Source: an uncultured Methanosarcinales archaeon (lineage in GTDB: Archaea > Nanobdellota > Nanobdellia > Woesearchaeales > JABIAG01). From it: DNA of 64,000 nt. A program made the translations under genes and the position numbers. The DNA lies in assembly GCA_964544335.1 (NCBI GenBank), contig CAZJAJ010000002.1, positions 78,109 to 142,108 on the forward strand, read 5' to 3'. The notes beneath the pieces are model-generated. The model was not told the DNA's origin and did no database searches. It saw only the letters and a program-made list of their open reading frames with translations. Position 1 is the first letter of the stretch, and every line of letters starts with the position of its first letter. Below are positions 1-10,223 of the stretch, in pieces.

Positions 1-235
1 ACCACGAGATGAAAAACTCTTCACCACCGTTCCTTTAGAAAAACTTGGCGACCTTCCTGAAAAAGTAAACATCCAAAAAGGTGTTTCCTTTCAACTCTGC
101 GATCACATGAACAACCAATGCATCGTCACCGTAACTGATGTACAAGATGATGCAATAACACTAGATCTCAATCACCCACTTGCAGGAAAAGACTTAACCT
201 TTGATCTAGAAATTCTCAAAGTGAATAAACAATAG
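1..235 (+). CDS. slyD: FKBP-type peptidyl-prolyl isomerase (SlyD-like), 5'-truncated by the window edge
   Basis: Own translation of frame 2: ...VTVTDVQDDAITLDLNHPLAGKDLTFDLEILKVNKQ*; DxNHPLAGKxLxF is the SlyD/FKBP signature. Confidence 0.85.
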   Translation, partial: PRDEKLFTTVPLEKLGDLPEKVNIQKGVSFQLCDHMNNQCIVTVTDVQDDAITLDLNHPLAGKDLTFDLEILKVNKQ

Positions 236-238
236 AAT

Positions 239-1315
239 CTACATACTCAGCGGAGTAATCCCACTCAATTTCTTTAACTTAACATAATACTGCTTTGCCT
301 TAATTCGAATACTCTCACGCAATTCTTCATCAAAATCAAGCGCATCAACAAGCACGTCAACATCAATTTCTGGAACATCCAAAAAACTACCCTCCAATGC
401 TCGACCAGCACGTTTGCACCCATCAACAAGTTCCTGAGCATACGAAGTGCCTACATCATTAAACACCATAAACCGACTAAAACAATTAGCACCCGCATTA
501 AGATATAATTCAACATCACTCATTCGCTCACGAACCAGTGCAACCTTGATCACAACATTAGGACACGCAATACGAACAGTAGAAATCCACCACGCCATAT
601 ATTGCGGATCAGGTGCAGGAACTGAAGAAAACACCGTATTCTCTTGCGGCTTAAGAAAGCACAACTGAAGAACATCAATTTCATACTCTTTGATCTTTTC
701 AATCACTTCTTGCACATCGCTCTTCTTCTCACCCATGCCAAGAATAATAGTAATAATTTTACGCATCTTTTTTTCTTTAAGCACAGCAAGCATGCGCATT
801 AATGCAGCAAGTGGTTTAGACGGACAAATAAATGCATGCAGTTCCTCATCAAAACTCTCAATGGCACTTCCCATACCCGCAATGTGTGGTACTAAAGAAG
901 TAATTTCTCGTTCAGTATATGGACCAAAATTCATCATAGGTTTTCGCCCAATAACATGAGCAACATCATCCATCAATGAAATAAGTTCAGATGTTTTTTC
1001 AACACGAAGACCACCAGTAAGATATCCAACCTTCCATCCCATGTGCTCACAAATAAGACACTCTGCAAGAATAGATGCCTTTGATCGTGTTGCATCTTTC
1101 TTTAATTTAGGAACCGTACTCAAATAACAATACTTACAATCAGCAATACCACACGTCCAATTGATAAACACAGAACGTTCAAACCACACCTTGCCATCAA
1201 AATGCTCACGGTACACCTTCCCTGCTTTCTCAACAAGCAGAGCTAGTTCCTTCTCATCAACCACATGGGTTGCATTATTTGCCTCAATTGTTGCAAGCAT
1301 ATCACTCATACACAA
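239..1315 (-). CDS. Radical SAM protein, biotin-synthase-like
   Basis: CGIADCKYC (CX4CX2C) cluster motif, LTGG, and TIILGMGE motifs; real start probably a few codons in. Confidence 0.8.
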   Translation of the reverse strand: MCMSDMLATIEANNATHVVDEKELALLVEKAGKVYREHFDGKVWFERSVFINWTCGIADCKYCYLSTVPKLKKDATRSKASILAECLICEHMGWKVGYLTGGLRVEKTSELISLMDDVAHVIGRKPMMNFGPYTEREITSLVPHIAGMGSAIESFDEELHAFICPSKPLAALMRMLAVLKEKKMRKIITIILGMGEKKSDVQEVIEKIKEYEIDVLQLCFLKPQENTVFSSVPAPDPQYMAWWISTVRIACPNVVIKVALVRERMSDVELYLNAGANCFSRFMVFNDVGTSYAQELVDGCKRAGRALEGSFLDVPEIDVDVLVDALDFDEELRESIRIKAKQYYVKLKKLSGITPLSM

Positions 1316-1347
1316 AAGAACACTACAAACTCATTTAAAGCTTTGGA

Positions 1348-2124
1348 CTACAGTGTAAATTCACCCTTATCTTCCACGACAACACCATCTTTAATCATGC
1401 CCTTGAGCACATCATCAAGACGTACATCTTCAATACGTTGCATAAGTCCATCATAGCTCATCTTCTTTTCAGCAAGCAGCAAACGAAGCACCTTCCCCCG
1501 TATCTGCCGAGAACTTCCCTCAAATGTACTCTGCCGTGAAGTAGATTTAATCCCCGTCTTTCGAGCAGTCTTTACCATAGCACCATAATCCATCAGTGCA
1601 TTATACCACTCTCGTGCCTTTCCCTTTGGAACACACGAAAGTGCAATCTCTTCTAGTTCTTTTGCAGAAATATCTTCAGAAAGTCCAAGTTCATGAATCA
1701 GTACTCGTCGTATATTCGTATCAACACACGGAACCTCAAGATTAAATGCAAACGCAAGCACAGCACCTGCTGTATATGGACCAATCCCGGGCAATTTCAA
1801 AAGCTCATCCCGATCAGTTGGAAACGAATCAAGTTCAACCACTCGCTGAGCAAGCTTTTGTAAACGAATAGGCCTACTATTATATCCAAGACCACTCCAA
1901 TATGCAAGTAACTCTGATTTTTCAGCAACAGCAAGATCACCAAAAGTTGGCCACCGTGCAATCCACTTTTCATAATAAGGAATAACCCGATCAACTTGTG
2001 TTTGCTGAAGCATTACTTCAGACACAAGAATACAATACGGGTCAGTCGTTCTTCTCCAGGGAAGATCTCTCTTTTCTCCCGAGTAAAATGATAAAATCTT
2101 CTGTTGAAATGCTGCAACATCCAT
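1348..2124 (-). CDS. mutY: A/G-specific adenine glycosylase (HhH-GPD, MutY-like, short form)
   Basis: RDLPWR, VSEVMLQQTQV, WSGLGY, LPGIGPYTA, VDTNIRRV; start moved to MDVAAF, 30 nt from a TATA box. Confidence 0.88.
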   Translation of the reverse strand: MDVAAFQQKILSFYSGEKRDLPWRRTTDPYCILVSEVMLQQTQVDRVIPYYEKWIARWPTFGDLAVAEKSELLAYWSGLGYNSRPIRLQKLAQRVVELDSFPTDRDELLKLPGIGPYTAGAVLAFAFNLEVPCVDTNIRRVLIHELGLSEDISAKELEEIALSCVPKGKAREWYNALMDYGAMVKTARKTGIKSTSRQSTFEGSSRQIRGKVLRLLLAEKKMSYDGLMQRIEDVRLDDVLKGMIKDGVVVEDKGEFTL

Positions 2125-2146
2125 ATCATGCCTACAGCCAGATACC

Positions 2147-2154
2147 TTTATAAA
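2147..2154. promoter_or_regulatory. Palindromic TATA box (TTTATAAA) shared by divergent leaderless genes
   Basis: Starts 29 nt before ATG 2176 (+) and 30 nt before ATG 2124 (-), the spacing seen at other leaderless genes here. Confidence 0.6.
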
Positions 2155-2175
2155 ATTATACACAAAGCAAAGAAC

Positions 2176-2787
2176 ATGATTGAGCAATGGATCAAAAAAG
2201 AACACCTGGAAAACAAAGAAGCACTCAAAAGCACATTCCAGAATGCAACACCCTATCCACACATCCAAATTGCAGACTTTCTTATCGAAGAACAATTAGA
2301 ACGTGTATTTGAAGCACTCTTGCAAGAACAATTTATCCAAAAACGATCAGACCTCTTTCAATTCAAACAAACAAATGATCTTGTTTCAACTCAAAACGAA
2401 ACACTAAAAGAATTCTATGAATTCCTCTCATCAAATGAATTTAGCACATTCATGCAAGACATTACTGGACTTGCACTAAAAGAAGGCGCAAACAACGTAG
2501 CAGGAACACTCTATGAAGACACAGACTATCTTTTAATCCATGATGATCAATTAGACCAAAGAAAAATTGCATACTTACTCTACCTCACAGACCTTGACGA
2601 AGAAACCGGCGGATCACTAGAACTCTACGATCAAGAAAACAACACGCCAACAAAAATCGCAAAAAAACTCTATCCACAAACAAACATGTTTACCTTCTTT
2701 GAAGTATCAGAAATATCCTATCACGCAGTAGAAGAAGTCGTTGATGCACAACGTCTTGCAATAGGGGGGTGGCTTCATGGTCAATGA
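2176..2787 (+). CDS. 2OG-Fe(II) oxygenase resembling the OGFOD1/Tpa1 catalytic domain
   Basis: SDLFQFKQTNDL, YEDTDYLLIHDDQLDQRKIAYLLYL, GGSLELYD, FFEVSEISYHAVEEV, RLAIGGWLHG; HxD...H...R residues intact. Confidence 0.85.
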   Translation: MIEQWIKKEHLENKEALKSTFQNATPYPHIQIADFLIEEQLERVFEALLQEQFIQKRSDLFQFKQTNDLVSTQNETLKEFYEFLSSNEFSTFMQDITGLALKEGANNVAGTLYEDTDYLLIHDDQLDQRKIAYLLYLTDLDEETGGSLELYDQENNTPTKIAKKLYPQTNMFTFFEVSEISYHAVEEVVDAQRLAIGGWLHGQ

Positions 2788-3313
2788 ACACTTTAACACC
2801 CCGCAAGTGCTTGAACAAATAAAACGAACACTAGAAAATGAAGGAACCGTGCAACTACAAGATTTCTTAGCACCAGATCTCTACAATCAGCTCATCCAAA
2901 CAATCAAAGAAACAGCACTCGCAGAAGAACAACAGCTACTCACGCACACCTACAAAAAAGGACCCGTTCCCTACATGCCAGAAGTAGAACAATTTCTTCA
3001 ATTCATTGATCTCAAACAAGAATCAGCATCACTTAAAGTATTCACCTGGAAAGACTACATGCTTTTGCATGACAACAACCAAACGCTACCTGAATATGAA
3101 ATCATACTTGACTGTACTGATGCTTGGGATGAAAACGCAGGTGGAGAAATAACCTACACCGATGGTGAAGGTAACAGTGGAACACTTCCTGCAAAAGCAA
3201 ATACCCTCACTATCACCAAAACACAAGGGCTACAGCGGTTTGTACACTACTGTAATCACTACGCAAAAGACAAACAACGAGTACTCATTTTCATATCAGC
3301 TTCTAGCAATTAA
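2777..3313 (+). CDS. Degenerate 2OG-oxygenase-fold protein resembling the OGFOD1/Ofd1 C-terminal domain
   Basis: VQLQDFL, WKDYMLLHD, WDENAGGEITY, RFVHYCNH; own G-rich RBS; overlaps the upstream gene by 11 nt. Confidence 0.7.
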   Translation: MVNEHFNTPQVLEQIKRTLENEGTVQLQDFLAPDLYNQLIQTIKETALAEEQQLLTHTYKKGPVPYMPEVEQFLQFIDLKQESASLKVFTWKDYMLLHDNNQTLPEYEIILDCTDAWDENAGGEITYTDGEGNSGTLPAKANTLTITKTQGLQRFVHYCNHYAKDKQRVLIFISASSN

Positions 3314-3376
3314 TAGTATATGACCTTTTGATAGCAGTAATCTTTTTATAGATCCAATCGACCTATAAATCCCGTT

Positions 3377-5086
3377 ATGACAAAATTCATAGTTGTAGTC
3401 GGCGGAGTTATTAGCGGTGTTGGAAAAGGCGTATCCACAGCATCACTAGGACGAATTCTTCAAGAGTACGGATATTCAGTAACTGCAGTAAAAATAGATC
3501 CGTATTTGAACTTTGACGCAGGAACCATGAGGCCAACAGAGCACGGTGAAGTGTGGGTAACCTCTGATGGTGGAGAAATTGATCAAGACCTTGGTAACTA
3601 CGAACGATTCCTAGGAAAACTTATTCCACGAACACACAACATCACAACAGGTCAAGTATACAATCGAGTAATAGAAAAAGAACGAAAAGGAGAATACCTT
3701 GGAAAAACCGTTCAAATCTTTCCACACATCACTAATGAAGTAAAAGAGAGGATCAAAAAAGCAGCAGAAGGACACGACATCTGTCTTATTGAAGTGGGTG
3801 GAACCATAGGTGACTATGAAAACGTACCATTTCTCTTTGCAGCAAAAGGACTAGAGCGAGAATTTGGAAAAGACAGCGTACTCTATATCATGGTAACCTA
3901 CCTGCTCGTACCACGTCACATGGCTGAAATGAAAACAAAGCCAACACAACAAGCAATTAGAATGCTTGGAGAAAGTGCAGGAATATTCCCTGACTTCATT
4001 TTCTGTAGAGGACCTGCACCACTTGATGACATTAGAAGAGAAAAAATAGAAGTATACGCAAACATTCCATCAGAAAATATCATCTCAGAACCCGACATTG
4101 ATACCATCTATAGAATTCCACTTGATCTTGAAAAAGAAGAAATCGGATTAAAAGTACTCAAATTACTCAAACTTGAACCAAAGAAAGAACCAAAATGGGA
4201 CAATTGGGAAAAACTGGTGAATGCAATCGTTGCACCAAAACAAAAAATCAAAATTGCCATGATTGGAAAATACATCTCAACGGGTGATTTCACACTAGAA
4301 GATTCCTATGTCTCAGTAAATCAAGCACTCATACATGCAGGAGCAAATCTTGACACATCAGTACAAATTGACTGGATTGATGCAGCATCACTCGAAGAAA
4401 ATCCAGCAGCACTCATGCAACTAAAAGACTACCAAGGCGTACTTGTACCTGGTGGTTTTGGAAATTCTGGTGTTGAAGGAAAAATAAAAGCAATCAAATA
4501 CGCAAGAGAAAATGACATCCCATTCCTTGGTCTCTGCTATGGACTACAATTATCACTCATTGAATATGCAAGAAACGTATGTGGTCTCAAAGATGCACAC
4601 ACCACAGAAGTTGATGAACACGCAGAACACAAAGTCATTGACATCTTGCCAAGCCAGCGAGCACTCATGGAAAAAGGAGACTATGGAAACACTATGAGAC
4701 TTGGTGCATACGCAGCAGGACTAGATCCACTCTCAAAAACATACGCACTCTACAAAGAATGCAACCGTCTACAATCTGATCAAAAAGAATTCCTTACACT
4801 AACAGAATCACGAGTAGGAACAACGCCAGTAGAACACGCAGTAGTTGAGCGGCACAGACATCGATTTGAAGTAAGCCCAGTGTACGTAGATAAAATACAG
4901 GCAGCAGGAATGCACTTTCCTGGATTTCACAACAGAGACGATGGAACAAATCTCGTAGAATTCATTGAAATTCCAAATCACCCATTCTTTATGGCAACAC
5001 AAGCACACCCTGAATTCAAATCACGATTAGATGATCCAGCACCACTATTCTATGGATTTGTACGTGCATGTATCAAGAAACTCTAA
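3377..5086 (+). CDS. pyrG: CTP synthase
   Basis: GGVISGVGKG, KIDPYLNFDAGTM, KTKPTQ, GLCYGLQ, ERHRHRFEV, QAHPEF. Confidence 0.98.
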   Translation: MTKFIVVVGGVISGVGKGVSTASLGRILQEYGYSVTAVKIDPYLNFDAGTMRPTEHGEVWVTSDGGEIDQDLGNYERFLGKLIPRTHNITTGQVYNRVIEKERKGEYLGKTVQIFPHITNEVKERIKKAAEGHDICLIEVGGTIGDYENVPFLFAAKGLEREFGKDSVLYIMVTYLLVPRHMAEMKTKPTQQAIRMLGESAGIFPDFIFCRGPAPLDDIRREKIEVYANIPSENIISEPDIDTIYRIPLDLEKEEIGLKVLKLLKLEPKKEPKWDNWEKLVNAIVAPKQKIKIAMIGKYISTGDFTLEDSYVSVNQALIHAGANLDTSVQIDWIDAASLEENPAALMQLKDYQGVLVPGGFGNSGVEGKIKAIKYARENDIPFLGLCYGLQLSLIEYARNVCGLKDAHTTEVDEHAEHKVIDILPSQRALMEKGDYGNTMRLGAYAAGLDPLSKTYALYKECNRLQSDQKEFLTLTESRVGTTPVEHAVVERHRHRFEVSPVYVDKIQAAGMHFPGFHNRDDGTNLVEFIEIPNHPFFMATQAHPEFKSRLDDPAPLFYGFVRACIKKL

Positions 5087-5140
5087 CCCTTACGCTAGAG
5101 TACATAAACGTATATAAACCATTTTTTTTCTAGTATAAGA

Positions 5141-6295
5141 ATGAATTATTGTCTGGCATCTCAAGATATTAGAGAACGAATTAAACGTGGAGTGATCGCC
5201 GTAAAAGATGGAAAAAAAGGAAAAATCTCCAAGGAAATAGAAAAAAGAATACAGCCAGCATCTTTTGAACCATCAACAGGGAACTATCTTTGGGAAATTG
5301 ACATGTCCTATGGTACCTTTGGAGCACCAAGTGCAAACAAAACCGTAGAACAAATCATTCAAGCAACACCAAAAAACCGAAGAGTAAAACACAACATCAA
5401 AAACGGATTTGAACTCAAAAGAGGACACACCTATCTCATTCCACTTAACGAAACCATTAAACTCAGAAAAGGAGAAGTCGTAGGATCATCTCCTAAAAGT
5501 AGCACGGGAAGACTCTTTCCAAAGCTTCGATTAATGGCAGATTACAATCCTTGCTTTGATGAAATCCATGCAGTCTACAAAGCAGACACACACATTAACA
5601 TGTGGCTTCTTATTGAACCACAAGCATTTGATCTCATCATCCATCCAAATCTCGTACTCAATCAACTACGATTCTATGTAGGTGATGCCATCATGGCAGA
5701 CGCAGAAGTAAAAGCATTTCATGCAAAATCACCACTCATTCTTGCACGAACGTTTTACGGAGATCTAAAACCCGTAAAAGAACCAATCATTCACGAAGGA
5801 ATTCAACTCCATCTTGATCTCTTGGGTGAACATTCAAACGGCATCGTTGGACTAAGAGCACGAAATGTTGCAACACCAATTGACATGAGCAAGATCGACC
5901 ACTATGACATTGAATCATTTTTTGACATCCTTACACGAACTGAACAACTCGTAGTAAGAAGAGGAGAGTTCTATTTATTTTTCTCAAAAGAAGTACTCTC
6001 AACACCACCACTACTCAACTTTGAACTCAAAGATCACTCTCGTATTGGTCTGCAGGGACCACTGCACTTTGCAGGATTCATTGATAATGGATTCGTAGGT
6101 GATCTTGTGTTTGAAATACGATCAGATGAACTACACGACTTCGTACTCAAAGATGGCATGCCACTCTCAAGACTCACGGTCTACAAAACAAGAACAACAC
6201 CAGACAAACTTTATGGTGGAAAAATCGGTTCTAACTATCAAGGTCAAATAGGTGCAAAAGCAGCAAAATTCTTCAAAAAAATTCAATCTCTGTGA
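5141..6295 (+). CDS. dcd: dCTP deaminase, long duplicated-domain type
   Basis: IQPASFE, SPKSSTGRL, LNQLRF, HFAGFIDNGF, LYGGKIGSNYQGQ; adjacent to pyrG. Confidence 0.8.
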   Translation: MNYCLASQDIRERIKRGVIAVKDGKKGKISKEIEKRIQPASFEPSTGNYLWEIDMSYGTFGAPSANKTVEQIIQATPKNRRVKHNIKNGFELKRGHTYLIPLNETIKLRKGEVVGSSPKSSTGRLFPKLRLMADYNPCFDEIHAVYKADTHINMWLLIEPQAFDLIIHPNLVLNQLRFYVGDAIMADAEVKAFHAKSPLILARTFYGDLKPVKEPIIHEGIQLHLDLLGEHSNGIVGLRARNVATPIDMSKIDHYDIESFFDILTRTEQLVVRRGEFYLFFSKEVLSTPPLLNFELKDHSRIGLQGPLHFAGFIDNGFVGDLVFEIRSDELHDFVLKDGMPLSRLTVYKTRTTPDKLYGGKIGSNYQGQIGAKAAKFFKKIQSL

Positions 6296-6717
6296 TACGT
6301 TCTATTATTCACAATCATTTCATGTCTATAGATCTGTTCGAGTAAAAATAATCGTGCCATTTCATGTGTGAACGTCATATCAGACAAACTCACAACCAAA
6401 TCTGCCTTCTGTACAACATCCTCACAAAGACCATCACTTGATCCAATCACAAACACAATATCTTTATTCACACCACTAATCTTCTTAGAAAACTGCCTTG
6501 ATGTAAATCGCTTGCCCTTCTCATCAAGTGCAACAAGAAAAGCTCCATCTGCTTTCTCAAGTAACTTCTTCCCTTCTTCCTTAACACTGCTGTCCTTAAT
6601 CTCAACAACATCACACTTGTCAAAATGATTGATCTGTGTCAAAAAATGTTCACAGCCTGTCTTAATCCACTTCTCTTTTACTTTCCCAATTGCAACAATT
6701 CTCATTTTGCTCATCAA
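6283..6717 (-). CDS. rlmH: 23S rRNA pseudouridine-1915 N3-methyltransferase (SPOUT)
   Basis: IVAIGKVKE, ALDEKGK, FVIGSSDGL, SLSDMTFTHEMARLFLLEQIYR, YHR end. Confidence 0.9.
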   Translation of the reverse strand: MMSKMRIVAIGKVKEKWIKTGCEHFLTQINHFDKCDVVEIKDSSVKEEGKKLLEKADGAFLVALDEKGKRFTSRQFSKKISGVNKDIVFVIGSSDGLCEDVVQKADLVVSLSDMTFTHEMARLFLLEQIYRHEMIVNNRTYHRD

Positions 6718-7580
6718 AAATGCATAGTGATCACAGGTCCTTTCATGGATGTAACTAATAGCACAATATCAAGGCCATGGTGTCCCACAAGTGAACCCGT
6801 TTTCACTAACTCCTTTCCTTTTTTAAGCAACGTCTCTTTATCTCTTCGCATCTTTGTAACACGATCTTCAGAGAACGTATAATACAAATCATACACTGCT
6901 TGCACATATGCATTCACCTCTTTCATAAACGCAACTTCCTTAGCATTAAGCGCCTGCACATCACCCACAAGATATTTGTATACATCTCCAATCATTTCAA
7001 TATCTCGAACAAGACTATACAAAAATGGAAGCTTATGGCTAGGGTGGTACCCATTTTTATTAAGCACACGCTTGCAAAAATTAGTGAACTTATTTACCGT
7101 ATCTTCAAGCATCTTAAGTTCTTCAATATCAGAATGACTAATGATCTTTTGCTCTACAAGACTCCCCATTTCCTTTAGCAAAATGAATGAACGTCTAAAC
7201 ATCGTATCAAACTCATGTTCAATACCCTTTGCCACATTCTTAATCACAACACGTTGCTTTGTTTGCTCAACAACTTCAAATCCAAGTAAATCTTCCTCTC
7301 GAATAACTTTTGGAACACCATCGTCTGCATACGTAATAGTCACCTCATCAAAACCACGAATGTACAAATCAGCAACATGTCGTTTCGTAAAGGTTTGTCC
7401 CTTCTTGATATCAAGACTCACCTGTGAAGCAACTCGCTTGCCCGTATGAATAACAATACGATCCTCTTTCTCATCAAGCATAACACGATCACCTTTGTGG
7501 ATATCTTGTTTCTCAAGCCATCGCTTTGGTAAACTCACCACAAGTGTACTCTTTGCAAGTTGGATAATATTTCGTTCCAT
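6714..7580 (-). CDS. AbrB-domain/PhoU-like phosphate uptake regulator
   Basis: N-terminal RNIIQLAKSTLVVSLPKRW (AbrB-type) and C-terminal RDIEMIGD PhoU-like helix. Confidence 0.75.
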   Translation of the reverse strand: MERNIIQLAKSTLVVSLPKRWLEKQDIHKGDRVMLDEKEDRIVIHTGKRVASQVSLDIKKGQTFTKRHVADLYIRGFDEVTITYADDGVPKVIREEDLLGFEVVEQTKQRVVIKNVAKGIEHEFDTMFRRSFILLKEMGSLVEQKIISHSDIEELKMLEDTVNKFTNFCKRVLNKNGYHPSHKLPFLYSLVRDIEMIGDVYKYLVGDVQALNAKEVAFMKEVNAYVQAVYDLYYTFSEDRVTKMRRDKETLLKKGKELVKTGSLVGHHGLDIVLLVTSMKGPVITMHF

Positions 7581-7679
7581 AATTCACAGAAATCATTGAA
7601 ATATATAAATCTAATGAAATATAAGGTAATTATAAGGATATAAGCAAAAATCTAAATCTACACAAAAAAATAAGTGTGT

Positions 7680-8159
7680 ATGAACCACAACAAAGAACTC
7701 ATACTCGTGTCTAACCTGCGTAAAAACTGCAGAGAAACACTAACAAAAATGAGCAAGAGCACAGGAATTCCAGTATCAACATTGTTTGACATGCTGCGTA
7801 AAACAGACAAAATACGAAAACACACCTGCATCCCGTATTTTTCAAGACTAGGATATGGCGTAAAAGCTTTCATCAGCATATCAGTTGATGTAGCAGATAG
7901 AGCAAAACTCAAAGAACATCTTCTCACACACCCCAACCTCAATTCATTATTCAAAATAAACAACGGATATGATTACATGGCAGAAATAATCTGTAAAAGT
8001 CTACATGAACTAGAAATGATTAGTGATGCACTTGATCTTGAATTTACCGTGCAGAAAAAAGCAATTAATTACATCATAGAAGACATAGCCCGAGAAGAAT
8101 TTTTCTCAAATGCTTCCATGTGTCACAAAACACTCATGCATGAACAAAGTGGTGCTTAA
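7680..8159 (+). CDS. Lrp/AsnC family transcriptional regulator
   Basis: N-terminal HTH (LRKNCRETLTKMSKSTGIPVSTLF), LGY, INNGYDYMAE. Confidence 0.8.
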   Translation: MNHNKELILVSNLRKNCRETLTKMSKSTGIPVSTLFDMLRKTDKIRKHTCIPYFSRLGYGVKAFISISVDVADRAKLKEHLLTHPNLNSLFKINNGYDYMAEIICKSLHELEMISDALDLEFTVQKKAINYIIEDIAREEFFSNASMCHKTLMHEQSGA

Positions 8160-8778
8160 TCTCTTTTCTAAAGAGTACAATAGTAAGCAGACCACTAATG
8201 ACAAGACCATACACAAGCACTGCAAGTACATTGCCTGAAAGCGCTTTAGTTCCAAGTGAAATAGCAATCAACATGTACGGAAATTGTGCAATAAGAGAGA
8301 TCAATAAGAAATTAGGTAGCTTAATCTTTGTCATTGCACTTGCAACAATAAACAGAGGGTTAGGAGTAAGTGGCAACACATGCACAATCCAAAGACCCTC
8401 AACAAAATCCTTTTTGATAATCTTTTGAAACCGTTTCAAATCATTCATATGTCGTTCAAGAAGCATAAACTTTCCATGTCCAAAATGTCGAACAGACAAA
8501 AAACCAATACTCATTCCAACAATGGATGAAACCACACCAATAGCAATAGCAGGATACATGCCATACACTGATCCTACAACGATCATAAGCAGGGTAAAAA
8601 TATTGCCTTCCACTACAACTGCAATGGCAAGAATAAGAATTACAAGAATTGTCCAAGCAGGGTTGATATACTGACTCACATACCCAACAATACCGCCGCC
8701 AAAGAGCTTTTCTTGTATTACAAATAAGATATTGAACAAGAAAACAGTACTTAGCACAAGCAACAGGAACTTTTTCAT
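8134..8778 (-). CDS. DedA/TVP38 (VTT-domain) membrane protein
   Basis: Multiple TM segments; VLPLTPNPLFIVASAMTKIKLPNFLL motif. Confidence 0.7.
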   Translation of the reverse strand: MKKFLLLVLSTVFLFNILFVIQEKLFGGGIVGYVSQYINPAWTILVILILAIAVVVEGNIFTLLMIVVGSVYGMYPAIAIGVVSSIVGMSIGFLSVRHFGHGKFMLLERHMNDLKRFQKIIKKDFVEGLWIVHVLPLTPNPLFIVASAMTKIKLPNFLLISLIAQFPYMLIAISLGTKALSGNVLAVLVYGLVISGLLTIVLFRKEIKHHFVHA

Positions 8779-8814
8779 CCCTCTACATAGATAAAACTGG
8801 TACTTAAACCTTTC

Positions 8815-9567
8815 CTAAAGGACCTTTCGCTTAATTTCAATAGAAACGGCATCACACAGCACCCGTATCTTAAACGGACACAATCGATACTCAAGTTCAT
8901 GCGCGGCGCAATACGCAAGAATCTTCTCTTTTTCCTCTTCAGAAGAAAATCGAACAATCACATTAACCCCATCAACATCCGGTCTAAGAATATCAAAATC
9001 AGCAAGATCTTCAAGTACTTGTGCTCGAATCTCTTTCAAAAACGCAACACGATCAGGAAGCTCTTTCAAACACAACTTCAAATCACGTTTTTTCTCTTTA
9101 TCAAAATCACTCTCAAATGGAATTTGCATATTGGACGCTAACATACCACCATAGCCAAAATTCACCATCTTTGCATTGCCAAAGCTACACACCACAATGT
9201 CCGCATCAGGAATATACTGTCCAATACTTCCACACGTATCTGCAATCACAAGAACGCCCTTATCCTTGAGCATCTCATAATCATACTCTTGAATAAATGC
9301 ATACGCTGCCATATCATGAAATAACAGTACACTCTTTTCTCGTACTTGAGAAAAATCAATCATGCCAAGATCAGTTGCAAGCTCATGCAATTGAAACTTC
9401 TCCTTCTTTCCATATTGTGCATATGTAATCCATCCGCCCTGATCAGGAATACACAAATCAGAATACCCCATCTGCCGTGCCCACTTCAGTGCAAGATGAA
9501 TAGCCTTATTACACCTGGAAGTAAGTAGAACATTCTTCTTTCCAGTAAGATCTTGGAGCATTTCCAT
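8815..9567 (-). CDS. DegT/DnrJ-like PLP-dependent transferase family protein
   Basis: LTSRCNKAI, PDQGGWITY, IADTCGSIG, CSFGNAKMVNFGYGG (PLP lysine). Confidence 0.65.
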   Translation of the reverse strand: MEMLQDLTGKKNVLLTSRCNKAIHLALKWARQMGYSDLCIPDQGGWITYAQYGKKEKFQLHELATDLGMIDFSQVREKSVLLFHDMAAYAFIQEYDYEMLKDKGVLVIADTCGSIGQYIPDADIVVCSFGNAKMVNFGYGGMLASNMQIPFESDFDKEKKRDLKLCLKELPDRVAFLKEIRAQVLEDLADFDILRPDVDGVNVIVRFSSEEEKEKILAYCAAHELEYRLCPFKIRVLCDAVSIEIKRKVL

Positions 9568-9683
9568 AATACAGAACGAAGCAAGCAATCTTTAAATCAC
9601 TATCGTTTCACTCCCAAAAAGTAGTCGAACATATCACTTTATTACCGACAAAGCTTAAATAGGGTAAAAATGAAAATTCTTTC

Positions 9684-10223
9684 ATGATCATAGGAATAAC
9701 TGGCACAAACGGCTCTGGAAAAGACACCGCCGCAAGTTTCCTAGTAAAGGGAGGATTCTCAAGATACTCCCTCTCAGACATCTTAAGACAAGAATGCGAG
9801 TTTAGAAAACTACCAAAAGACAGAGACACATTAATTCTTCTGGGCAACCAACTACGAAAAGAACACGGGGCGCATGTACTTGCAAAAATGATCCTTGAAC
9901 GCATACAACAAAACGAAGATGATCTTGCAGTAATCGTATCAATAAGAAATGGAAGTGAAGTAAAATTCCTCAAAAACCATCCTGAATTCAAACTCATCGC
10001 AATAGATGCACCAATTGAAGAGCGATACGAACGTGCAAAACAACGAGCAACAGAACAAGACGATATCACCTTCAAAAAATTTCAACAACAAGAAGAAAAA
10101 GAAATGAACGGCGAGGATGAACATACACAACAACTCGCACAGGTGATCAACATGGCAGACGAATTCATCACTAACGATGGTTCAGAAGAAGACTTCTACA
10201 TGAAAATTGCAAAATTAATCTAA
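9684..10223 (+). CDS. P-loop nucleotide kinase (archaeal dephospho-CoA kinase-like)
   Basis: IIGITGTNGSGKDT, SLSDILR, GNQLR, SIRN, ITNDGS. Confidence 0.75.
   Translation: MIIGITGTNGSGKDTAASFLVKGGFSRYSLSDILRQECEFRKLPKDRDTLILLGNQLRKEHGAHVLAKMILERIQQNEDDLAVIVSIRNGSEVKFLKNHPEFKLIAIDAPIEERYERAKQRATEQDDITFKKFQQQEEKEMNGEDEHTQQLAQVINMADEFITNDGSEEDFYMKIAKLI

Noticed and set aside
2125..2295. N-terminal extensions of track ORFs (mutY; likewise nrdR, receiver, HU)
   Set aside because: They overlap neighbouring genes or promoters; family-typical starts and TATA spacing indicate downstream ATGs.
2777..2787. Frameshift in a single OGFOD1-like gene
   Set aside because: The second ORF has its own RBS and ATG at the domain boundary and the interdomain linker is absent, which fits two genes better.
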